DNA from: Paraspadella gotoi
Lineage: Eukaryota; Animalia; Chaetognatha
Length of the DNA: 64,000 nt
Direction: 5' to 3'
Assembly (NCBI GenBank): GCA_051294375.1
Contig: CM119271.1
Location: 12,949,039-13,013,038 of the forward strand
Shown: piece after piece, positions 54,210-64,000 of the stretch
How the letters are laid out: every line of letters starts with the position of its first letter
How positions within the stretch are numbered: position 1 is the stretch's first letter
Program-made: the position numbers and the translations under genes
Notes under the pieces: generated by a model
Databases searched by the model: none
Told to the model about the DNA's origin: nothing
The model's input: the letters and a program-made list of their open reading frames with translations, nothing else

Positions 54210-54936
54210 GCTCTCTCTCTCTCTCTCAACGCGCGCGCGAGTTCTCTCTCTCTCTCTTTCGCTCTCTCACCACGCGCCATCCCACGTTAGCCTCTCGCTC
54301 TCTATTCAGTTCCAGAGACGCCGACGGACAGCCGGACAGCGCGTCTCTGTTCCGACAAAAAAAAAGGGAGCGCCATCTAACGCCACGCCCCTTCCTTTTT
54401 TGATGCCCTCGATCGCCCTCCGATGCCCTCCGATGCCATTCGATGCCATTTCCCACGTATAAATAAACAAAAACGTTCGACGCGAAATTCCCATCTGAAA
54501 AAAAAATCTTTTGTTTTTGTTGTATTATTTTCAAATTTTCCCGCAAAAAAAAAAGGACAAAAAAATCTACGCGCGTGAAAAAAGGAGATACATAAAAAAC
54601 TTCAGCCTACGCTAAATTTGTTTCGTTTTTGTTTTTTTTTTTGTTTTTTGTTTTTTTGTTTTGTTCTGTCTAAAAAGAAAAACCAGCCGCTTTCCGGGTC
54701 GGCCGCCCCCGACCCCCTCTTCGCCTTCACCCTCTTTTCCCGCCTGCCATGCGAGGCCACGCCTGTCGTTCCACCGACCGGCGCCTGATTGAGATGCCGC
54801 CCAACATCATGAAGACTCTGTATCGATTACTTCGTCAGTTGGGGTCTTTGTCCACCGGCCGAGGTTCAGCCCGGAACCGACCCGCGGCGATACTCATTCA
54901 GGTTTTAAAAAAAAAAATGAGGAGGGAAGAAAGGCG

Positions 54937-54984
54937 CGGATTGGTCGAAGTTGCATCACGTGACCGAGAGATTTGACCAATCCG
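54937..54984. promoter_or_regulatory. Inverted CCAAT pair flanking a central TCACGTGA E-box
   Basis: CGGATTGGTC (54937-46) and GACCAATCCG (54975-84) form a perfect inverted repeat with TCACGTGA at 54956-63. Lies about 0.5 kb upstream of the calmodulin-like exons. Confidence 0.4.
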
Positions 54985-55493
54985 AAATAAACTTGAAAAA
55001 ATTTAGGAATAAAAAATGAAGATTAATCCGCTCAACGCGAAAAAAAAACAAACTAGAAGTTATAATGTACATAGTGAATTAGAAAATTGTTTTCTATTTG
55101 TTTTGTTGTTGTTTTTAAACGAAGCGGGTTTAGTTTCAAAATCAAGACAACCGTTATAAGTTCTCGTTACTTGGGACGCGCAGTGAGTGGAGTGGGTGAG
55201 TGAGTGAGTGAGTGAGTGTTTAAAATCTGGAATAACTAGCGACATCGGTATTACTACTTATTATTAATTATATATTATTATTTAGTTTTTAAAAAAAAGA
55301 CAGCTACGCCGTTTGTTTAAACTTCGAAAATTACTTGCCCGTCAATCCATTCCTTTTGAATAAACTGCTATCTTCAATGATCACATCCGCAGTACACTCA
55401 GTATAACAGTATCACGAATCATTCTTTTTTTTCAACTTCTCCAAATTCTTTATCGTAACTCTTGGCCGGCCATCAACTAGCGAGTGTCGCACG

Positions 55494-55600
55494 GAGTCTG
55501 AAGAAGATCAGCCGATACGAGAAGCCATCCAGAGATTTTATTATTTGATCCAGCTGGCCCAGAACGGCGGAACAGGGGCTGGCAGAGGAACAGATAAAGG
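55494..55600 (+). CDS. Putative alternative 5' exon of a calmodulin-like EF-hand protein (5' limit uncertain)
   Basis: Ends ...RTAEQGLAEEQIK-G|gtaagg, a phase-1 donor at 55601. Removing one C from ggccc (~55558-60) extends the frame to ESEEDQPIREAIQRFYYLIQLA. As written, the frame has a TGA at 55546. Confidence 0.45.
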
Positions 55601-55807
55601 GTAAGGTTAAAGGGGAGCAACTTCCCCGCGAAAACACGCAGTATCATCTAACGACCCACGTTTAACATTTATCTTTAGAGCATTGTTATTGTTTATCAAC
55701 ATTATTATTATTTTAAACTTCTGTACTCACTACTCACCGCACGAGTATTATTTTTTCTGCATGACGTTAGACTTTTTTGTTTTTTTTGTTTTTTTTTCGT
55801 TTCGCAG

Positions 55808-55844
55808 AGCGGAGAACAAATTCTGACAGAGGAACAAGTCGCGG
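55808..55844 (+). CDS. Calmodulin/troponin-C-like N-terminal exon (SGEQILTEEQVA-E)
   Basis: Long polypyrimidine tract and cgcag acceptor, 37-nt exon, G|gtaagt phase-1 donor. Peptide and intron phases (0 in, 1 out) match calmodulin exon 2 (ADQLTEEQIA-E). The downstream EFKEAF exon is not found in the window. Confidence 0.7.
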
Positions 55845-56751
55845 GTAAGTTAAAATCGAATCTCGGACTTTTTTAAAAGATCAACTTTTTTTGGGTTTAT
55901 TTTTTGTTTACGTTGAAGCAGAGTGACGTGAAACGTGTATAAATGTGTACGTGTACGTATTTTACGTGTACGTGTATATATGACGGAATGGCTAATGCTA
56001 AACATATGTATTTCTTATTTTGCAATTGCATGCTGCTCCTAGAGAACTTTCGAAAACAGAAAAGCCAAATTTCTATTTATTATTTTATCCACGTATCTCT
56101 ATTTGAAAATGTTTGTAGTAAACATAGACGTAAAATTCAAACTTTCTAAACTTAGATGTTATAAACTACGGAACGACATAGACAATTAATAACTGGATTT
56201 TAGAAAGAGAAAGATACCAAAAAAAATTTAAAATTTTATACTATAGTTCTTAAGGAAAAACGTCGTTTGTTTCGCGTCAAATATATAATTTGCAACAACA
56301 AATCGTCACACGTTTCGGTTCTTCTTTGCACCACCTTCATCGGCGAAACATGTTCGACTTTATTATTTAAAATAAATCGTTGTCGAAATCTCCAACGCAG
56401 TGGAAAGAGAGACAAAAAAACTTTATTATACTATAGTGTTAAAAACTGTTAAAAAGACTGGAAAATATTTAAAAGCCAAAAACGTTTGTCCACCTCAAAC
56501 TGAAACACTTTTCTCTTTGTTTACAAATTTACAAAAAAACAAAAAAGTTTCATTCGTTGACGAACATTTCTAAGAAAATAGAATCGGTTTGACTTTCAAA
56601 AAAAAGAAAAAAAAAGAAAAAAAAGAAAAAAGAAAGAAATATCTCGTCGGCCATTTTTGTGTGCTTCACATTTTTTTCCCGCTCTTTTGTTTACGACGTC
56701 TGTTTTTCGCCTCGGCCCGCATGTCGGGATGGCGCCGCGAAATCCCTTCTT

Positions 56752-56844
<93 letters not shown>

Positions 56845-57172
56845 ATATTTTTTTTTTTCTAAAAAGTCTCAATTTTTTTTTATTTTAAATTTATTTTTTC
56901 TTTCTTAAAGCGGCGATATTTTTGCCGCCAACCCTCGGCTATACTAGCTTGCCGACGCTTTGCCGGAGCCGCCGACGCTCGCCGAGCTTGCCGCCCCTTT
57001 CCGGCAAAACCCAAGCTGGCTCCGTCGTCTTTTTCTCGGCGATACTATAACGTCCGGCGTTGTTTATCCGGATTTTAAGAAATAACTAGCGTAAACAATA
57101 AACACTTGAAAATTAAAGAAAAAAATTAATGTTAAAAAAAAAAAAAAATCCGGCGATATGAAATTTTCTAAA

Positions 57173-57441
57173 ATGGCGCCCATTACGATTAGGGATTTGG
57201 CGCGCGGCTGCAGTCGCGGCTGGGGACGGCTGCTGGACGGCGCGCTACGGCTGGAACGGCTGCTGTGGCATCGGCTGCGGCTGGAACGGCTGCCGAGGCG
57301 GCGACTGCGGCTGCGGCGGCTGAGGGGCGTCTGCAGCCACGCCGCTTTTTTCTTCTTATCTCCTTTAAGCTTCTTATGACGAAGCGAATTTTTTTTTTTC
57401 AATCTGCTCTCCTTTTTTTTTTTTTGCTTACCTCGCCCCAT
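57173..57441. CDS. GC-rich micro-ORF, strand unresolved (Gly/Cys/Trp-rich on +, or spliced Pro/Gln-rich on -)
   Basis: Plus strand: ATG 57173 to TGA 57323 with one frameshift gives three GW(D/N)GC motifs. Minus strand: ATG at 57441, donor G|gtaagc at 57431 and acceptor ctgcag| at 57331 give MGRDAPQPPQPQSPPRQPFQPQPMPQQPFQP*. Confidence 0.35.
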
Positions 57442-58454
57442 CGCCAACGCAATGGGGAGCCCGATAAAGCTAGCCGTTTTACTCTTCTCGACCGACAACC
57501 CTTTCGAGAACAAAATTTGTAACCCTTTTTTTTTAACAAAACTGTAAAAAAAAGTTTCTTAACAACTTTAACGTAGAATGCTTGAAAAAAGATTTCTTCT
57601 AAACTTTCTGACCGGGTTTTGGAACCGTTCTCTCCTTCTCCTCGTGTCATCTCTCGTCCTCTGCTCTCTCTCTCTCTCTCCTACGTCTCTCTCTCTCTTC
57701 TCCTCTCTCTCTCTCTCTCTTCCTGCTTTGCCTTTTTTGTTTGTTTTGGTTGATTTTTTTCACGCTCGTTTCTCCCCTCTGTCGTCGTCGTCGCCGTTTT
57801 TGCTTAAATCTAAACGACAGATTACAATTCCCAGTTACACTTTTTTCAAGTAAAACATAGTTAGATATTATATGTTACGTTAATTTTTTTTTCAGAAAAA
57901 ATTATGAAATATGTGAATAAATTTAAGAGAAAATTTTTAAAAACAAACACCATTTTAATCCTCTTCTCAATTTGATATACAATTTTTAATTTTAGTTTTT
58001 AAGGCATCGAGGGATGTAAGTTATAACTGTGCTACTTCGATTCATTCATTGACTTGAGAAAATTTGTGAACGATACGAAAATCTCAAAAATCTCCACACA
58101 TAAATTGTTAATCATTAAAAAATTTCCATTACAGATGATTTTTTAAAAAAAAAATGTATTCAAATATCTTCTTCTCTTTTTAATTTAAGCGTCCTCTCTG
58201 GTAACAGCTCGGGAAGCGTCTATTCAAAAACTTCACATTCCCTACACCATATCTACTATATCTCCCGGCACTATACCTACAAACAACTAATCAACCTCGC
58301 CCCTCATTCGCTCATCGACGGTCAGGCGCCTCTTTCGTTCGATGGACCGACATCCCGCGAGTGGGGACCTTAGTCTAGCACCCATTGCAGGCAGGATCGA
58401 TTTTGAGTAGGATGGTTGACTAAGTCGACGGCAGATCCGTCATAGGCTAGCAAC

Positions 58455-61400
58455 CCAAAGAGATTCGGTGAAGGTTCTGGGATTGTCGAGGATCGGGGAT
58501 AGGAAAGCATCACGACACGGGCGAATTCGGGACGTCATTGAGGTCGTATAGGGCAAAACCCAACCGAGGCCCGAGTTGCAGGTGAAGGATTCCTGGATTT
58601 TGTAGGAGGATCGGGACGGATTAGGGACTAAAGATCACGAACGGGCGAATTGGGGAACGCGTCATGAGGTCGTTAGGCGCAAAACCAACCCCGAGGCCCA
58701 GAGTTGCAGTGTGAAGGGATTCTGGGGATTTTTGTAGGGAGGATCGGGATTAGGGACTTAAAGATCACGACGGCGCGAATTGCGGGAACCGTCATGAGGT
58801 CGTTTAGGGCAAAACCCAACCGAGAGCCGAGTTGGCAGGTGAAAGGGTTCTGGGACTTTTGTAGGTAGGCATCGGCGCATTAGGCACTCAAAGATCGACG
58901 ACGGCGTGCGAATTGGGGACCGTCATGAGGTCGTTTATTTGGCAAAACCCAACGAAGCCGAGTTTGCAGGTTAAGGGATTCTGGGGGATTTTGTAGGAGG
59001 ATCGGGGGGATTAGGACTAAAGATCCACGACGGTCGGAAATTGGGGAACCGTCATGAGCGTTAGGGCAACCAACCGAGCGGAAGTTGCAGGTGAAGGGAT
59101 TCTGGGGATTTTGTAGTGGAGGATCGGGGATTAGGATAAAGATCAAACGGCAGGCGATTGGGGACCGTCATGAGGTCAGTTAGGCAAACCAACCGAGGCC
59201 GAGTGACGGTGAAGGATTCTGGGATTCTTGATAGGGAGGATCGGCGGATTAGGGAACTAAAGATTTACGACGGCGAAATTGTGGGGACCGTCATGAGGCT
59301 CTTAGGCAAACCGCAACCGAGGGCCGAGTTGCAGGTGAAGGATTCTGGGGAGTGTTGTTGAGGGGAGAGATCGGGATTCAGGCGACTAAAGATCACGGAC
59401 GGGCCGAACTTGGGACCGTCATGAGGTCGGTAAGGTGGCAAAACCCAACGAGGCGCCAGAGTTGAGGTGAAGGGATTCTAGGGGACTTTATGTAGGAGGA
59501 TTCGGGAGGATTAGGGACAACAGAATCACGACGGAGCCGAATTGGAGCCCGTCATGAGGTCCTTAGGGCAAAACCAACGAGCCGAGTTGAGAGTTGAAGG
59601 ATTCTGGGGATTTTGTAGGGAGGAGTCGGGGATTAGGGACAAAGATTCAGACGCGGCGAATTGGGGACGTTTTCATGAGGTCGTGCTAGGGCAAAACCAA
59701 TCCGAGGCCGAGTTGCAGTGAAGGCGATTGCTGGGGCGATTGTTCGGGCAGGCATCGGGGATTAGGGACTAAAGATCCACGACGGGCGCCGGAATCGGAC
59801 CGTCCCCACTGAGGTCGTGTACGGGCAAAACCCAACGAGGCCCGACGTTGCCACCGTCGAAGCGCGATTCTGGGGGATTTATTGTAGGGAGGATCGGGGC
59901 ATTAGGGACTAAAGGATCACCGCACGGGCGAATTGGGGACCTCATGAGGTCGTTAGGGCAAAACCCCAACCGACGGCCGAGTTGCAGGTTGAAGGGATTC
60001 GTGGGATCTTCCGTATGGGAGCGATCGGCGGATTCAGGGAATAAAGATCACGACGGGCGAATTGGGGACCGTACATGAGGCTCGTTAGGAAACCCACCGA
60101 ACGGCCCGAGTTGCCAGGTGACACGGGATTTCTGGGGGATTTTGTAGGAGGTCGGGGATTAGGTACTAAAGTCACGAGGGCGAATTGGGACCGATCATGA
60201 GGTCGCTCTGGGCAAAACCCAACCGAGGCCGAGTTTGCAGGTGACAGGGATTCTGGGATTTTTGTAGGGAGGATCGGGGTTAGGGACTAAAGATCCCGAC
60301 CGGGCGACATTGGGAGACCGCGTCAATGAGGTCTGTGTAGGGCGAAAACCAACGAGCCGAGTTGGCAGGTGAAGGGATTCTGGGGATTTTGAGGGCAGGA
60401 TCGGGGATTAGGACTACAGACTCACGACCGGGCGAATGGGGACGTCATTGAGTCGTTAGGGGCAAACCCAACGAGGCCGAGTTGCAGAGGTGAAGGATTC
60501 TGGGGATTTTGTAGGGAGGATGAGGGATTAGGACTAAAGATCGCCGACGGGCGAATTGGGCACCGTCATTGCCAGGTCGTTCCAGGTGCAAAACCCACCG
60601 CAGCCGTAGTTGCAGGCTGAAGGGATTCTGGGGATCTTTGTAGGCAGGACGGGGATTACCCGGGACTAAGATCAACGACGCGGTCGAATTGGGGACCGTC
60701 ATGCAGGTCCGTTAGGCCGCAAAACCCAACGCACCCACGGCCGAGTTGCCAGTGCAACGGATTCTGGGGATTTTGTGGGAGGGATCGTGGGGATTAGGCG
60801 ACTAAAGATCACGACGCGGCGAATATGCGGACCGTCATCGAGGGTCGTTAGGGCAAAACCGCAAACCGAGATCCCACGGAGGCCGAGTTGCAGGTGAACG
60901 GATCTGGGATTTTGTAAGGACGAGGATGGGATATAGGGGACTAAAAGATCACGACGGGGAATTTGGGCACCGGTCATGAGCTCGTTAAGGCAAACCAACG
61001 GGCCGACAGTTGCAGGTGAAGGATTTCTGGGATTTTGTAGGGAGGATCAAGGGGATTAGGGACTAAAGATCACGACGGGCGAATTGGGGACCGTTATGAG
61101 GTCGTTGGCAAAACCCAACCGAGGCCGAGTTGCAGGTGGAAGGATTCTGGGGAATTTTGTAGGGGAGGATCGGGATTAGGACGTAAAGATCACGACGAGC
61201 GAATTGGGACCGTCATGAGGTCGTTAGGGCAAAAACCCAACCGCGAGGCGAGTTGCGTGACAGGGATTCTGGGATTTTGTAAGGGAGGTATCGGGATTAG
61301 GGACTAAAGATCAGACGGGCGACATGTGGGGACGTCTATGAGGTCGTTAGGGCAAACCCAACACGAGGCCGAGTGCAGTGTGAAGGGATTCCTGGGATTC

Positions 61401-62649
61401 TGCGTAGGGAGGATCGGGATTAGGGACTAAATGACTCACGACACGGGCGAATTGGGGACCGTTCATGAGGTCGTTAGGGCAAAACCCAACCGAGGCCGAG
61501 TTCCGTGTGAAGGGATTCTAGGGGATTTTGTAGGGAGGATCGGGGATTAGGGACTAAAGATTCACGGACGGGCGAATTGGGAACCTGCATGAGGTCGTTA
61601 GGGCAAAACCGAACCGAGCCGCAGTTGCAGTGTGAAGGGATTCTGGGGACTTTGTAGGGAGACGGGGATTAGGGAACTAAAGATCACGACGGAAGCACAG
61701 ATGTGGGAAACGTCATGAGGTCGTTAGGCAGCAAACCCAACCTCGAGGCCGAGTTGCAGGTGAAGGGATTCCTGGTGGATTTTGTAGGGAGGATCGGGAT
61801 TAGGGACTAAAGATTAAGACGGTGCGAATTGGGAGCCGTCATGAGGTGCCTTAGGCCAAAACCCAACGCGAGGCCGAGTTGAGGTGAAGGGATTTCTGGG
61901 ATTTGTAGGGAGGATCGGGATTAGGGACTAAAGATCACGACGGTGCGGATTGGGGACCGTCATGAGGTCGTTAGGGCAAAACCCAACCGAGGCCGAGTTG
62001 CAGGTGAAGGGATTCTGGGATTTTGTAGCGGAGGCATCGGGATTAGGGACTAAAGATCACGACGGCGAATGGGGACGCGTCATGAGGTCGTTGGCGCAAA
62101 CACCAACGATCGGCCGAGCTTTGCAGCTGAAGGATTTCTGGGATTTGTAGGCACGAGGATCGGGATTAGGCGAAACTAAAGATCACAGACGCGCGAATTG
62201 GGGACCGTCATAGCGTGTTAGGGGGCAAAAACCCAACCGAGGCGAGTTGCAGGTCGAACGGGCATTCTGGGGACTTTTGGTAAGGCGAGGATCGGCATTA
62301 GGGACTAAAAATTCACGACGGGCGAATTGCCGCGGACCGTCACTGAGGCTCGTTCAGGCCAAAACCAACGCACGGCCGAGTTGGCCATGACAGGGATTTC
62401 TGGGATTTTGTAGGAGGATCGGGCGACTTAGCGCGACCTAAAGCATCCCCCGACTCGGCGACTTGGGCGACCGCTCCATCGCGGTCTCCGTTCAGCCCCC
62501 CGCAACACCCCCCAACCCGCAGGCCGAGTCTGCAGGGTGAAGGATTCTGGGGAATTTCTGTAGGGCAGCGATCAGACGGCGATAGGCTAAAGAATCACGC
62601 GCCGCGCCCGCAAGTTGGGCGACGCGCTCATCCGAGGTCGCTTTAGGCG
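58455..62649. repeat. ~120-bp G-rich satellite, roughly 33-35 units, running into a gap
   Basis: By-eye consensus ttagggactaaagatcacgacgggcgaattggggaccgtcatgaggtcgttagggcaaaacccaaccgaggccgagttgcaggtgaagggattctggggattttgtagggaggatcgggga. Units differ mostly by indels. Confidence 0.95.
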
Positions 62650-62674
62650 NNNNNNNNNNNNNNNNNNNNNNNNN

Positions 62675-62709
<35 letters not shown>

Positions 62710-63096
62710 CTTTCCATTATTCAGCGAGAGATCGAAAAAATCTTGCTGGTCGACTTTATTCATACTTTTTTATTTATCTCATTTATTTTATTTGGATTAT
62801 TTATAAATTCATTTCTAAGTTGACATCATAAGCCAGAGCCATCAATTTGATGGAGAGAATATGTTCCAGTATTTATAAAAGTTTAATATTAACCTTAAAT
62901 ATATAAAAGACAACCAAGTGATATATCAATGGCAAACAAACGATAACTCTTACATAAATTGTTTTTTTTTCTGTGAAAAAATGTGAATCACCAGACTTCG
63001 TGACGTTTATCATTTTCTCAATACTTATCATGTAGAACTTTTTTTTTCTCTCTCTCTCTTTCTCTCTCTTTCTCTTCTTCTTTTCTCTTCTCTCTT

Positions 63097-63160
<64 letters not shown>

Positions 63161-63181
63161 CTCTCTTCTCTCTCTTCTCTC

Positions 63182-63213
<32 letters not shown>

Positions 63214-63220
63214 CTCTCTC

Positions 63221-63251
<31 letters not shown>

Positions 63252-63299
63252 TCTCTCTCTGCCTCCGCTTCTCTCTCTTCTCCTCTCTTTCCTCTCTCT

Positions 63300-64000
63300 C
63301 TCCAACGCGCCTCGCCATCGTAGCTCTCCTCTCTCTTCTCTTTCCTCTCTCACCACGCGCCATCCCACGTTAGCCTCTCGCTCTCTATTCAGTTCCAGAG
63401 ACGCCGACGGACAGCCGGACAGCGCGTCTCTGTCCGACAAAAAAAAAGGGAGCGCCATCTAACGCCACGCCCCTTCCTTTTTTTGATGCCCTCCGATGCC
63501 CTCCGATGCCATCCGATGCCATTCGATGCCATTCTCACGTATAAATAAACAAAAACGTTCGACGCGAAATTCCATCTGAAAAAAAATATTTTGTTTTTGT
63601 TTTATTTTCAAATTTTCCCGCAAAAAAAAAAAGGACAAAAAAATTTACGCGCGTCGAAAAAGGAGATACATAAAAAACTTCGCCTACGCTACATTTGTTT
63701 CGTTTTGTTTTTTGGTTTTTTTTTTGGTTGTTTTTTGTTTTGTTTTCTGTCTAAGAAAAAACCAGCGGCCTTCCGGGTCGGCCGCCCCCGACCCCCTCTT
63801 CGCCTTCACCCTCTTTTCCCGCCTGCCATGCGAGGCCACGCCTGTCGTTCCACCGACCGGCGCCTGATTGAGATGCCGCCCAACATCATGAAGACTCTGT
63901 ATCGATACTTCGTCAGTTGGGGTCTTTGTCCACCGGCCGAGGTTCAGCCCGGAACCGACCCGCGGCGATACTCATTCAGGTTTAAAAAAAAAAATGAGGA
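63300..64000 (+). repeat. Direct copy of ~54225-54925
   Basis: Near-identical, e.g. caccacgcgccatcccacgttagcc through cgcggcgatactcattcagg. Follows a 25-N spacer. Confidence 0.92.

Noticed and set aside
57265-57325. Ala-rich frame (ASAAAGTAAEAATAAAAAE) resembling type I antifreeze peptides
   Set aside because: Third reading of the same CGGCTG repeat, with no ATG start and no supporting gene structure.
2160-63458. Numerous SLSL, RERE, HSFI, RRRR/SSSS and poly-X ORFs
   Set aside because: Translations of (CT)n, (AG)n, (ATTC)n and (GTC)n tracts or of N-runs; no domain content.

Overview
Eukaryotic, most likely invertebrate animal, genomic DNA that is gene-poor and saturated with microsatellites ((AG/CT)n, (ATTC)n, (GAC/GTC)n). 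Nearly all ORFs in the supplied track are artefacts of these repeats or of N-runs. Much of the window is the same sequence repeated in direct and inverted copies, each with independent indel noise and separated by exactly-25-N spacers. This points to gap-filling with uncorrected long reads plus fold-back chimeras rather than real segmental duplication. The biologically credible content is: (i) an APE+RT non-LTR retrotransposon (~3.5-6.8 kb) inside a (CT)n tract, with an empty-site copy of the same locus at ~15.1 kb; (ii) several Helentron-associated (HINE/DINE-1-like) non-autonomous elements; (iii) two similar 5' exons of a calmodulin/troponin-C-like gene (~55.5-55.85 kb); (iv) an ambiguous GC-rich micro-ORF at ~57.2-57.4 kb; (v) minisatellites of 10, 25, 29 and 40 bp and a ~120-bp G-rich satellite. 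I found no convincing novel biological system. Boundaries of repeats and duplications are approximate and were read by eye.
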